Assembly: GCF_001194135.2 (NCBI RefSeq)
Contig: NC_068993.1
Coordinates: 29,117,077 to 29,167,652, forward strand
Direction of reading: 5' to 3'
Length of the DNA stretch: 50,576 nt
Source: Octopus bimaculoides
Taxonomy: Eukaryota
The position numbers and the translations under genes were made by a program. Under the pieces are notes generated by a model. The model searched no databases. It saw nothing but the letters and a program-made list of their open reading frames with translations, and had not been told where the DNA came from. Shown here one piece after another: positions 10,660 to 24,122 of the stretch (its first letter is position 1; every line of letters starts with the position of its first letter).

Positions 10660-13062
10660 TTATTATATTAGGAGATATCACAAATGGAGAACCCCAGGAC
10701 TGAACCGGCTGAATTGTTTGACAGAAGTACACCAAAAATTTTGTTGCATCCCTAACTGATGTCATCCAAAACCCAGAGCAAATACCTGTCTGGCTGACTG
10801 AAGGAACAATATACCGTCTACCAACAACTGAAGACATGAAAAATCCAAAGTACTACCAACCAATTACATAACCCAACACCACCTACAAGATCTTCATAGC
10901 CATACTAACTGAAAGAATATACACTTTCCTGGAACAGAACTCTATCCTTCCACTACCTCAAAAAGGTTGTAAAAGGAATTCTTATGGATGCAAAGATCAA
11001 TTACTCATAAATAAAATGATTGTAGAGAATTGCTGGAGCAATAAGAATAACCTGAGTATGTCATGGATAGACTACAGGAAAGTGTTTGATAGTGTTGCAC
11101 ATAATTAGCTACTCAAAGCCCTTGAGATATACAAGATCTCTCCTGTAGTCTCCAAGTTCTTACTAGGTAGCATACCCAAGTGGAATACATGTCTCCTTCT
11201 AAACCATAGTAATGAGATGAGCCGCAATATCAAATGAGGCATCTTTCAAGGTGACTCCCTCTCCTCATTACTCTTTTGCATGACACTGATCTCACTCTCA
11301 CACGAACTGAGTAACACCAAGTATGGGTTCAAAATGTATAATATTATAAATCATCTGTTTTATATGGACGATCTGAAGCTGTTTACTAGAAATGATGAAG
11401 AGCTAGTAGGACTGTTAACAACTGTTAAAGAGTTCAGCAATGACATCAGGATGAATTTCGGCCTTGATAAGTGTGCTAAAGCAACTTTTGTAAAAGGAAA
11501 ACCCAAGCAAATAGCTTCTATTAAATTAGATACCAACACTACCATCAAGGAGCTTGACTCACAAGGAAGCTATAAATACCCAGGGATAAACAAAGGAGAC
11601 AGTATACAACATGCTATTATGAAGGAAAAAATAAGAAAGGAGTATTACAGGAGAGTAAGACTCATACTAAAAACTGAACTCAACTCCAAAAATTGTATTG
11701 AAGCCATTAACACCCTGGCACTTCCAATACAGTTTTGACATAATTAACTGGAATCTTACAGACCTCCAATGCCTGGACAGGAAGACAAGAAAACTATTAA
11801 CATCTAAGAACATGCACCACCCAAAAGCAGACGTTGATCATCTGTACCTACCTAGAAGTAATGGGGGTAGAAGAATGATGCAAGTAGAACTATGTTATAA
11901 GACCTCCACAATAGCAATGAACAAGTACTTATCTAGTACAGAGGACTGGATGCTGTGGCTTGTGTGCAAACATGAAAGCAGCAAAAAATCACATTCTATT
12001 GTCAAGGAAGCTTGCAAATTCGCATGGGAACTTGGCATTAACCCTGAATTAGATGAAGAACCTGAAACTACTTCCATGAAAAAAACGAAACAAATCAAAC
12101 AGATTGCAAAAAAGAACAGGCAGAAACAAATTGAGGAGTGGTGGAGCCAGAAGCCTCTGCATGAACAGTGTATACTTTGAAGCCGAAATGCTGATGTAGA
12201 CCAAGCAACAATCTATCAGTGGCTGAGAAGCTCAGGACTGAAAGCAGACACTGAAGGTTTTGTGTTGGCGGCACAAGACCAAAGCTTGCTCATGAAAAAC
12301 TACCAGGCTATCATTCATCAACACGGTTCTGACCCTAAATGCAGATTCTGTGATATATTTGAGGAAACAATGGACCATCTTGTCTCAGGATGTCCTATGC
12401 TGACACCAAACAAATACAGAAATTGCCTTGATAGGATAGGACAGTATCTACATTGGAAAATATGTCAACACTACAAAATCAACTCTCCTGCTTCCTGGTA
12501 TGAACATCATCCTGAGCCAGTCATTGAAGGTAAAAATGTCACTATCCTTTGGGATTTTCCAGTCAACACCAACAGAACAATCCAGGCTAATCAACCAGAC
12601 ATAGTCATTAAAGATAGAGAAGAAAATACTTGTAGTCTAATAGATGTAAGTGTTCCCACTGATAAAAATATATCAATAAAGGAATTTGATAAATGAAGCA
12701 AATATAAGGACCTGGAAATTGAAATACAAAAAATGTGGTACCCTAAAGTGAGAACTGTTCCTGTTATTGTGGTGCCTTTGGTATAATAAGAAAGGGATGT
12801 CAGAAATATTTAGATGACATCCCAGGAAAACCATGTCTCAGAGAAATCCAAAAGATTGTGCTGACAAGTACTGTCCACATCCTTAGAAAAACCCTATCAA
12901 TTATGTATTGTATTACAAGATATTTCGCTACTGCCCCTGCCACTTGCCCTCCCAAAGCTTTCCGTCATACTGTAATATCTCTCATCCTTCACTCACCCTA
13001 GGACGCTGACTGTGTCTCGGCAAGTGATCGTAACAAACATGCAGGTTAAAAGTAAATAGTAA

Positions 13063-13093
<31 letters not shown>

Positions 13094-13095
13094 TG
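10660..13095 (+). mobile_element. 5'-truncated, frameshifted R4/Dong-clade non-LTR retrotransposon (RT plus RLE endonuclease)
   Basis: RT motifs GIFQGDSLS and HLFYMDDLKLF, HPKADVDHLYLPRSNGGR, CCHC-type CRFC..ETMDHLVSGCP, and RLE motifs ILWDFPV...PDIVI...K..KY.DL.IE. Ends in a (TAG)n tail. Confidence 0.92.
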
Positions 13096-13109
13096 TTGTT
13101 ATTATAATC

Positions 13110-13530
13110 CTTTCTTCTATACACACAGGGACTGAAATTTTGTGACGGGGCTAGTAAATTACATTGACCCCCCCAGTACTTACTGGTACTCATTTCAATG
13201 ATACCAAAAGGACAAAAGGCAAAGATGACCACTGCAGAATTTGAACTAGAAATGTAAAGATGGATAAAAGCATTTTATCTGGCTTGCTAACAATTCTGCC
13301 AAATCATTACTTTAATAATAATAATAATGTTTTCGCATTTTGGCATAAGGCTAGGAATTCTGAGGGAGGTCATAAGTCAATTACATTGACCCCAGTGTTC
13401 AAACTGGTTCTTATGTTATTGATCCTCAAAGGATGAAAGGCAAAGTCAATCTCGGCAGAATGTAAGGATGGACAAAATGCTGCTAAGCATTTTGCCTGGT
13501 ATGTTAATGGTTCCGCCAGCTTTCCACCTG
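13110..13530 (-). mobile_element. Two degraded tandem SINE copies of the 9542 family
   Basis: Antisense cores (aaaggatgaaaggcaaagtcaatctcggcagaat; gctaagcattttgcctggtatgttaatggttccgccagct). Confidence 0.75.
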
Positions 13531-13779
13531 AATTTAATAATAAAAATGGTCACTCCCATTAATTTCAATGTATGAATTTTTGAAGGTAAGGATTAAAAAA
13601 AAAAGGAAAGTTTTAAAAATAAAAGAAGTTAGATCTATTTGTGATGGATATGTGAATGTAATTTGAGTCCAAGTATGGATTTTGCTATGAAGTCACAAAG
13701 GGGACAATGAGATTTTGATTTTGATTGGGATTGGACAAATGTGTCTATTATTGCAGGATATAATTCTTTTATTGTTCTG

Positions 13780-14620
13780 TTTCTTTAACTCTAATTGTTT
13801 AGATGCATTGTGACACATTTTACACCACTCAGATCAATCCAGGTAATAACTTTCCTAAGATATAAGAATTTTAGTGGTTGTTTCAACTTATCCTTATACC
13901 TAAGGAGGGAATTTTCCTTTACTGTGGAATTTCTGTATTTGTTGGCCATACAAAAGAATTTTTGAATGTAATTATCTTGCATTTGAACGACATGTTTTGC
14001 CCATCTGCACTGAATTCTTGACAGAATTTTATGTCGCAGATATTGCACAGACAGTACATAGGAAAGGTTCCAAGTTTCTTTATGTCTGTAGTAGAGAGTC
14101 CATGCTTCTGCCCTGTACAAAAGTGGGCTCAAAAGATTTGTATTCACTTATTTTAGTTTTTAAACTAACATCAACATCCCATAAATGATGAGAAATTTTT
14201 CCAAAAGCACTTGATGCCTTAGATATTCTGATTTTGTTATCAAGATTACTCTTACAGTTTATTGTACTTCCAAGATATTTAAATGATCTGACCTATTTGA
14301 GTGGCTTATTGTCAATCATCACATTTGAATCTTGAGTATGTTCTGTCCCAGGCTTTGTTTGGGATAAAATTTTCCAAAGTGTCTCATGATTCCCCATATG
14401 AATGGGTTTGATCAAGTTAACAAAGATTATGTACAATTCAGTATTTTGCTCATGTGCTTTCTCTTTAACTTGCCTAAGGGCAAAAATCAAGTCAACTGTT
14501 ATGCATAACAAACTTGTTCTCCTGTGATTATTACATACACTCTTTTTCCCTTTGTTTCTGTGCAAGTGTGTTACAATAATGCAAGGGAAGATCTTCACTG
14601 GTCCTTATCCTAATACTGCT
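13780..14620 (-). mobile_element. Decayed RTE-type LINE RT and thumb fragment
   Basis: LLYRAEAWTLY, RWAKHVVQMQD, RYKDKLKQ, TVDLIFALRQVKEKAHEQN..LYIIFVNLIK. Confidence 0.75.
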
Positions 14621-15424
14621 AATGAAATCCCTTGTTTAGGTAAAAGAAAATATTAAATAACTATATAAGAGGAGGATATTAATGAAGCTAGAAACATCAC
14701 AGAAACCAGTTAAAACCACCTGAACAAGCAAGTTTTGAAATTCTACTTAATGAATTGAATAAGAAAGAGTAGGGATAAAGAATTTTAGCTATTTAGAACA
14801 AGAATAGGCATGTTCACAGTGACAAAACAGAAACTTGTAGTGCACACAAGCTCTTTAAAGCATTATGGCTAGCTATTGAACCTGAAATTTTAAGAAATTA
14901 AATAGGAAATATAAAACCCACTGGAAGATAATGGTGAAGATAAAGGTATTGCAAGTGCTAAATTATCACAATGAAAAAAGTGCTGAGTTAGATAGACTGA
15001 CTTGAATGAAATGAAATAAAATCTTCAGAGAGCCTGACAGAATGATGATAAAGAATAAAAATACACAAAGAATTTTACAATACTATAGGATATGTGCTAC
15101 TTACTTCTCTTCTGATGGTAAATAATCTATACAAGACAGGTAAATTGAGAACAGACAGACTTGGTGGAAAAGATGGAGAGAAGAGAACATCAAGAGCTTG
15201 AGATAGGAGGTGGGTTAAAGTACTGCTCCTTAAAGAAGGTGCATTAAGAAAAGAGACATTAAAACACCAGAAATAAAATACAATGTGAAGAAAGAAAAGA
15301 GAAGAATAAAAATTTTTAAATATGCATAAAATGTGCTTCCAAATATTTGTAGATATTCATCATGCATTTTCTTCTTGTGGAAACACATTTTACACAAATT
15401 TAAAAGACAACTGGAAAAGATATT

Positions 15425-15858
15425 CTAGACCATAGGCCCACCACCCACCGGGCCACAAAGAAATAAGCAGGGTTTTCTGCAGTGACAATAACCAAAACAA
15501 AATTATGAAGTAGACTAGACATAAGGAACACTTAGAGTGTCATTGACTCCCAAATGGGACTGTCTAGTTGCAGGAAAACAAGCTCAGGGCTCCCACTGAT
15601 TCTACATTATGGTGAGTTGATATTGATGTGATGATAATGCAATAGATATTAGTTCGGGGAAACTAAGAACGCAAGTGTGTGGTCAGGCTGGAGCCCAGAC
15701 ACGGAGTCAAAAGATTATACTTTTTTTCTTCCCTTTCATAAATTGCTCTTTATTGAAATGTACTTAAATTACACATATGTGTCACTATCGGTCTGCTGAA
15801 AGAGTGTCTGACATGAAACTAGTCTGTGGTATAAAAAAGGTCAGAGACCACTGTTCTA
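15425..15858. mobile_element. hAT-type MITE remnant
   Basis: The right end ...gaaactagtctgtggtataaaaaaggtcagagaccactg resembles hAT/MER5-like termini (aaaaggttggggaccactg). The left boundary is a guess. Confidence 0.4.
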
Positions 15859-15879
15859 AATGATAGTTTCATTTTATAC

Positions 15880-16740
15880 ATAATCTTAATAAATTTACGG
15901 AATTAAAAAAATCATATTAATGGCATACACTACAATATAAAATTCATGTTGGGTTTTGATTAGAAGAAACAACTACTTTCAGACATTTTGCTTATGCAAG
16001 CAGAGAGAAGACAGAAAAGCACATCTACTATACATCCCTGGATTAAAAGCAGTATCTTCTTTTCACATCCTGTCATTCTAAACATCACTAAATTTGCATA
16101 AGTTGGGGCAACTTTAGTACCCATCAGAGTTCCTGATATCATTATATTGCATCACTGAATAAGAAATAACTGTTTGTTAATATGAATCTAAGCTAGTGAA
16201 TAATGAAGTCTTTCAATGCATTCTGGTAACTTAAACTAGTATGCATCAAACTAATCTTTAATTGCAATGTTTTTATAGTCATGGGAAAAATTAATGTATA
16301 AATTAACAACATCAAAGGAAACAATAATTGCATTTTGGCTCACTGTTATTGGTGATTAAATATATCTAGATCATCTCACAAAATACTGTACATGTTTTAA
16401 GTAGGACTTCAATTACTAACTGTGTATTTCACAGGAAAGACCTGCAATAATTAGCCTTAGTTTCAAATCATCTGAAGATAGTATTTTGATGGTATTTTAG
16501 GAGATGGTTTTAAAGTTTTTGCATGTCTATAGTTGTCTACCTTTTTTACACTATTATTTTCTAACATTTTAAGTACAATTTCTTTATAAAAATTTGTACC
16601 GATGACAACATCAGCATTGCCTTTATTAGCTTCTTCAACTGAAATGTCAAAGTTGTTTTGGAGGTCATTTAAATTTTTCCTTTCTAGTTTTGAGTTCTTT
16701 CGCAAATGTACATGTTCTTCCTAGCAGTGTCAAAATATAT
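15880..16740 (-). mobile_element. Penelope-like element RT fragments
   Basis: ISGTLMGTKVAPTYANLVM matches the PLE G.AMG...AP..ANL.M motif. EEANKGNADVVI matches K.ADKG..VVI. Confidence 0.7.
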
Positions 16741-17101
16741 ATTTTTTTTTATGAATCAGGATCAACACAAATAAGTACAAAATGTCCAAGTTAAGTGAAA
16801 TATGAGATATATATCAAAATTGGTTAATTCACTGGCATGAAAACCGGGATGTGATGACTCAGGACAAATTCACACAGTCAATAACAAATAAAGTCTGTAG
16901 TTCACATCACCAATAAAATATAATGTACTGAATTGTTTATTCATGAAGCAAAGAAAATAAGTTCATTGTTACTTAGTCCTGAAGACCACATGCTTACATT
17001 TCAGTATGTGGTGATGATGGTGAGTGCACACATGCAATGCAAAACAAGGGAATATTCAGAGGTGAGCAAATGTATGTTCCCATAAATTTGTGTGTGTGAG
17101 T

Positions 17102-17228
<127 letters not shown>

Positions 17229-18883
17229 TTATGTCAGTGCACGTGTGTGAAAAGAATATTTGAGCTTTTTATCAAAAAAAATCCATTAGTTCCATGTAGC
17301 TATTTTCACTTGATTGAGAGAAAGTAAATGGTAAAAGACAAAAACAGAGAGTGTAAGTAAGAGATTAAGTCTCAGATAGTTGTTAGTGGTGCCTTTTATG
17401 TGATACTTAACTCTTTCATCACCAACTCAGCTGAAACTGGCTCTGGCTCTGTAGGAGAAATGTCCTGCTTTCATAAGTTTTAAATTAAAATCTTCTGCCA
17501 AACCTTAGTCACAATTTATGCTTCTAACACTAGCTTAATGCTAACTAAGTTATTTTACTAAATTCTTTGTTATATTTAAAATAAGCGAAAGAAACACAGA
17601 GCATCTCAAAACAAATATGGTAACAAAAGGGTAACAATTTTAATGAGTTATCTAAGAGTTGAGTTGAATTGTGCAAGTTCTGCAGTCGCCGATTCTCATG
17701 TTGTCTTGCAAACAATTCGCACATGCAAGTGTTACCAGTCGAGAACTCCACATACCGGAAGCCAGCAAGTGTATGGGGTCATCAGGAGAGAATGCGCGCC
17801 TACCTCTTGACGGCATCAATGCACACGAGCCCCCCTCACTCATATGAGGCCCCGCTTGCTAGATCAACTGGTTATTAAATAAAGCTAAATATTTCTCTAG
17901 CCAACGCTCATTGTCTCTTTTTAACCAATTTCAGTGGCTAGCCTTCTCCACTGTAGTTTGGATATCAGTCATGGTGGTATTTACCTTACGATGAGTTAGG
18001 CCTGTGTCTTCACATTTCTAAGAGTTGAGTTGAATTTTGCAAGTGTCCAATTCTCATGTAAATATGTTGTTTTTCCTAGACTGAAAAAGTCCTTGTCACT
18101 AACTGGGTTCATCTAGATTTTCTAGGAGACATCTGGTTTTTGTAGGGACCATCTTGTTTTTTGTAGGGGCCATCTGGTTTTTCTAGATGTCATTTAGTTT
18201 TTCTGTAGCCATCTATTCTCTTTTGTTTTTGTCTTCAATTTAAAGAAAAATTCTGAAAATTGTAGTTTTGCATGAGTGAAGTTGAAGCTTTAGCTTTAGA
18301 TCTGGTCAGGTTCCTGCTGCAGGAACTATGCTAGAAAGACTAAGTAGTTTCAATGCATTGCATATTTTCAATCAAACCAGAATAGAATGATAAAAATTAA
18401 AATCTTTACAGATTTCAAAAGAATTGGCTGAGATGCCTGGACCTTGTTGCTAAACTGAGACAATTCCAGTCACACAAAATGTATGGTAATCATATATAGA
18501 TAGATGTCTGGTTGGCTGGTAGGATAGATGGGTAGATGAATAGATGAATTGGATAAATAAAAACAGCAGAGATACACATTTATTTACTATTAATTAGTTT
18601 ATCAACTCTGAAGGAAATATGATGAAATAAGTTTATTACAAGAATTGTGTGCACATGTGTTATCGAATCATTAACCACGAAATCTGTCAAATTACAAACA
18701 GATACCTTAGAGATGAAGACAAAAGTAGTGGTGGTGGTGGTGGTGAGAATAATAAATGAATAAAATAACAAGAATAACTATAATAAACTACACAAAACAA
18801 GAGCCCCACTCCCCACCCACACAAAAAAGAAAAGGAATGGAACAAAAAAAAATGACAATATGATTTAAAATTTTACTACTTAC

Positions 18884-18944
18884 AGTTTTACTTCTGGTTG
18901 TATCTATCTGGACTTTAGAACATCTGTTAAGAATATCCAGACGT
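18884..18944 (-). CDS. STARD13: DLC1/STARD13 exon (61 bp, phase 2 to 0), end of SAM domain
   Basis: tttctcttttctttttcaaag|ACGTCTGGATATTCTTAACAGATGTTCT...AAAACT|gtaagt encodes (R)RLDILNRCSKVQIDTTRSKT, compared with vertebrate RRLNTLNKCA.MKL. In frame with both neighbouring exons. Confidence 0.88.
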
Positions 18945-19559
18945 CTTTGAAAAAGAAAAGAGAAAACTGACGTTTTATTGATTTATACAATTGGCCTTTG
19001 GACACTTATGGATTTTTATTTTTATTTTCTGTCTTAATCTAATGTTTTCTCTTTTTTGAAGTTATATATATGTATATTATATTGTGTTCTGAGATTTATT
19101 GTATCTTTTATTTGATGAAACAATGAAAACTATTGATAAAAAAGATATTGATGAATTCACACACAAGCAAATCACTGTAGGAGGCCCAGTCAAGAAATAG
19201 CTCAATTTTTCAGTATTAATAATCAAACAATGAATAAAATAGATGAGAGGTTGAATGACATTACTAAGTGAAGAAGAGACTTGGGAGGCTGCATACGGTT
19301 TCTGAGGTAGGTCAAGAATAAGCCAAGAGAAAATGAGAGGTTGTAAATTCTATGGATAAGTTGCATATTGCATAAGAATGTTATTAAATGATCTTGGACA
19401 TGAACTAAGAGTTGCAAGAGAACAGTCAATAGTTTCAAAAGCTAATAAGACCAGCAAGTTCAACTGGTTTAAAGAGTTCTGTTACAAGGAAGAAGAGTTT
19501 GGTCATCAATGTGGTCTGGTAAAAGCAAATTCTGCAAATTCCAATTCATACAAAATATG

Positions 19560-22500
19560 TTATCATCATCATCATTTAACGTCTGTTTTCCATGCTGGCA
19601 TGGGTTGGAAGGTTTGACTGAAAACTAATAAGCTGGGGAACTGCACCAGGTTTCAATCTGATTTGACATGGTTTCTACAGCTGGATGACCTTCCTAATGC
19701 CAATCCCTCCAAGAATGTAGTGGCTGCCTTTTATGTGCCACTGGCATGGGTGTCAGTTACAGAACACCAGCATTGGCCATGACTACGATCTCACTCAGCG
19801 TGACAGGTCTTCTCAAGCACAGTATATTGCCAAAGGTCTCGGTCACTTGTCATTGCCTCCATGAGGCCCAAAGTTAGAAGGGTACGTTCTAAATGCCAGA
19901 TATGCAATACTGGTATTGGCCATGACTATGATTTCACTTGGCTTGATAGGTCTTCTCAAGCGCAGTTTATCACTCAACATTCAAAGGGTGCTTTTTACGT
20001 GCCAGATACATGACACTGGCATTAGCCATGACTGTGATTTCACTTGGCTTGCACGGTCTTCTCAAGCACAGTATATCACCAAAGGTCTTGGTCACTTGTC
20101 ATTGTTTCCATGAGGCCCAGCATTCGAAGATCATGCTTCATCACCTCATTCCTTGTCTACCTGGGTCTACCTCTTCCATAGGGTTCCCTCCACAGTTATA
20201 AATCAGCACTTCTTTACACAGCTGTCCTTGTCCATATCACATGGCCATACCAATGCAGTTGTCTCTCTTGCACACCACATCTGATGCCTCTTATGCCCAA
20301 CTTTTCACTAAAGACACTCACACTCTGTTGTACATGTACAGTGAAGCATACTAACTGCATTTCTTTTAAGCCTTTACATGTCCTTGACAGTCACAGCCCA
20401 TGTCTCACTGCCATGTAGCATGGCTTTTAGCACACAGGCATCGTACAATCTGCTTTTCACTCTGACAGAGAGAGGCCTTTTGTTACCAATGGAGGTAGGA
20501 GCTCTCAGAACTTTGCCCAGTCTATTCTTATTCCAGCAGCTATGCTCTTGAAGCATCCACCTCCACTACTGACTTGGTCACCTAGGTAATGGAAGCTATC
20601 AACTACTTCTAGTTTCTTTCCCTGGCATTTGATGGAGTCTATTTTCTGTACATTTTTTATCTTAATTGTACCTGTGCACCTTCCACACACAAAAACTATT
20701 TTCTCTGTTAACCTTCCTCTGATATTGCTGCACTTCTTATGTGTCTATAGCTTGCACTGGATACACCTTATGGAATTCCTACCTATGCTAAAGATTGAGC
20801 AAGGCAATTTACCAGAAGAGTCTCCTGATTTGTCTGCTCTCCTACTTACTAAAACTTTGATTTTTGCTAGATTAACTCTTTCATTCTAGACCTTGCTTTT
20901 CATGCCTGAAATTTCTTCTCTAGTTCTGGTAGTGATTTGGCTATAAAAACAAACAAGGTCATCAGCATAGAGGAGCTCCCAAAGGCAGCCTGTCTTAAAT
21001 TCCTGTTATTGCCTGGAGGACTATGATGAACAAGAGGGGGGTGAGGACTGATCCTTGGTGAACCCTACTTGTACTCTGAATTTCTCACCATATTTGTTGC
21101 CAACCTTCACCTTACTGACAGTATGACTTGTACATGGCTTGTTAAGCTCTCATCAACCACTCATCTATTACTAGCTTCTACCAGATAAGGGAGTAGAGGA
21201 CTCTGTCAAAGGCTTTCTTCATGTAGACAAAAGCCAGGTACAAGGGGTTTATTTTTTGTCTACATATTTCTCCTGCAGAAACTTCACCAGAAATATAGCA
21301 TCAGTTGTGCTCCTACCTGGTAAAAATCTGAATTGCATCTCATTTACACTACCTCTCTCCCTAATTAATTGTGCTATGACCCTTTCTGTGACTTTCATCA
21401 CCTGGTCCAGCAGTTTGATGTTTCTATAATTATTCCTGTTTAAGTTTTTTTTTTAATTCCTGCCTTTGTAGCAGTTGACTATGATGCTGCTACACCAATT
21501 GTTGGGTATGATTCCCTAATGGACAACCTGATTAATTATACAGGTGACTAGACTATATCCTACTCCACCATATATTTGAAGCATCTCAGTGGAGATTCTT
21601 GATGGACTGGGGACTATACCTTTCTTCATGTCCTTAATTTCTTTATCTACCAAAGTACTGTCAATTTGAATAGCTGGTCCCTCAGCTGGGTTAAGATTTG
21701 GCAGACTTTCCTCCTCCCATTCATTCTCCCCATTTATCAGCCTTTCATAGTGACATCTCCAAGCCTCTTTTTGGGGGGGAATCATTAAATGCAAGTGCAC
21801 CATCATCCATGCGGACACATTTCTCTCTTATGACATCATGATTTTCTCTCACACACTGTCTTGCAATCCGAAACACTTTAAGTCTCTGGTCCTCACATCA
21901 CAGAACATAGGCAAACTTCTTTTCTGCTTCTACCCTGGCTAGATATACTTGTCTCCTAGCTTCCCTTCTCACTATCTGATACAGTTCCCTGCTACCCCTC
22001 ACACTTCCAGTCCTTCCAGGCCTGTTATTTTGCTCTAATGGCCTTGTCTTACAGCATTGTTTCACCACCACATTGCCATGGGTCCGGATGGGATTTTGCA
22101 CCAGTCACAAATTTTGTCCATGACATGCAGCAAGCTGTCCCACAGGAATTCCCAGTTGCCCTCTATGTCACAAGTCTGTAGTTCCTTGCCCCTCTCATTA
22201 GATTTCTCAATTAGGATGTTCCTAAATCTCTGACCGTATAAAGTGTCCTTAAGCTTCCAAATCCTTCTTTTCCAGATTAGTCAGCTTCTTGGCATCAATC
22301 TGGCCTGAAGTCTATGGTCACTAATGACTATTCTATGCTGGGGGGCACATTCTTCACCAGGGAAGGTCTTTGTATTTGATAGCAACCTGTGAGAATGTAA
22401 TCGATCTGGCTAGCATGGTCACCTAATTGGTAGGTTATCAAGGTGGCTTTCTGGCTTCCTGAAGTTGATGCTGCAGATAAATAGGTTATACACATTACAG

Positions 22501-23110
22501 GACTCCAGTAGTTTTGTCCCCTCTTCGTTTTGGGAACCAATTCCATGGCCCCCATGTACACCATGGAAGATACTAGGCTGCTGCCCAATATTCCCAATGA
22601 AATCCTCAGCCACAGAGATGATATCATTGTTGTTCGTCTTTGAAGTAGCCTACAATCCTTTTGTTCATTTGGTAGATCCACTTGGGGGTCATAGGCAGAG
22701 ATAACTGTTGCTGTACTATTCTGCAAAATTAGCGTGAGCTTAAGTACTCTTTTGCACACTCTGACTACCTCTATGACCTTATTCACCCAGTTCTCTGCAA
22801 GAAGTATGCCCACACCACCTACCCCATCACTGTTACCTTCCCAGAAGATTTTATACCTATGTGTCTTGCCTGTGAGGAATCTGGCTGAATCTCCTCTCCA
22901 CCTTACTTCTTGGATGCAACATACATCAATGCGCCTCCATTCAAGCAGCTCTACAATCTCACCAGACCTACCTTTCAATGTGCCTACACTGACAGTGCCA
23001 ACTCTGAGAACTGGGAAAGGGATGTCAGAAAAAACACGAGAAGGGGGAGGGGGGGTCATGGTATTCAGTACCTCAAAAGAAGGTTTCAATGTGTGCTTGA
23101 TAAGAGACAT
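19560..23110 (-). mobile_element. Near full-length decayed RTE-clade LINE (APE plus RT) with a (GAT)n/(CAT)n tail
   Basis: APE motif LRVGTVSVGTLKGRSGEIVE...DVCCIQEVRWRG, RT motifs GVHQGSV and LWELLYADD, then VVDSFHYLGD and LYDACVLKAMLHGSETW. Many stops and frameshifts. Confidence 0.92.
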
Positions 23111-23570
23111 ATCACATCAGTTTTTTCTTGCTTTAATCTACCATCATTCAATCATGTTAAAATTGTTTCCCCTATTGAGAGTGAGTGTAATACAAACATT
23201 GTAAATATAAGCGTTATTGCAACAAACATAAATGAGTCAATGTTTAAATTAAGTAAATAATCAGCTATTGGTTAATCCATTGTATGCAGAGAGAAAGGAG
23301 TAGGTGGTTTGTTAATTTACTAAGTAATGCATCACCTTTCGATACATGTAGTAATACAGATGCAATTGCTGGTAGTGGGTGGAGGGGGAGCTATGACAGA
23401 CTTCTGGTACAGAGGCAATGCTTATCATACTGGTGATAGTGCAGAGGTGGAGCCTTGTAGGGGTTTCTGGTATAAGAGAAGAGATTTCCGGAATAGTGGT
23501 GGAGTGGGATTGGGTGGGTGTATTGCGGAAAAGTTAAAAGGCATACTTTACTGCAGGAGAGAGAGAAGGG

Positions 23571-23574
<4 letters not shown>

Positions 23575-23630
<56 letters not shown>
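23575..23630. repeat. (GA)n microsatellite
   Basis: Direct reading. Confidence 0.97.
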
Positions 23631-23632
<2 letters not shown>

Positions 23633-23729
23633 ACAGGAAATCATGGTGTGGAGCAAAAAGGAAAAGTTAAAACATGAGAGCTGGGTTGTTGGCAAGGAAC
23701 AGCTGAAAGAACAGCTTAAAAGTTGGAGG

Positions 23730-23965
23730 CACTAAACAGAGAATAATTTGAGTGATTGGCAGATCAGAGCTAATCTTTGTTGAAAGTCATCTATATGTTC
23801 AAAAATATTGTCAAAAATTTGGGAAAAGGTCTTTTGCCCTTTTAACCCAATGTTGATAAGAAAACCAAAGTTTTTAAGAAAATGGACCCTCATACCATAC
23901 AAGTTTGGAAAAGAACTTATACTATGAAATCTCTGAAATGAGTTGTTCAAAGATTTAATAGATGG
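23730..23965 (-). mobile_element. Possible hAT (Charlie/SPIN-like) transposase fragment
   Basis: FLINIGLKGQKTFSQIFDNIFEHIDDFQQRLAL resembles the LN..LQG......I..F..KL.L block. Confidence 0.4.
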
Positions 23966-23989
23966 TTGCATGCAAGAATATTAAAAAAT

Positions 23990-24122
23990 TACATCAATTA
24001 TGTAGCTGGGAGAAGCCGCTGGATAAACTTGGATGAGTCTGTCATAGATGATTTAATCAAATCCATGCTTAATTGGGTGAAAGCTGCAATATTAGCCAAA
24101 GGAAGGCTTACAAAATACTGAG
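23990..24122 (+). mobile_element. Tc1-type transposase C-terminal fragment
   Basis: ...ESVIDDLIKSMLNWVKAAILAKGRLTKY* matches the Tc1 ending LI.SM..R..AVI.AKG..TKY*. Confidence 0.6.

Noticed and set aside
15790-15840. Hammerhead-ribozyme-like string ctgctga...gaaactagtc next to a Penelope fragment
   Set aside because: The core is CUGCUGA rather than CUGAUGA, stem I does not pair, and the sequence is better explained as a hAT-MITE terminus.
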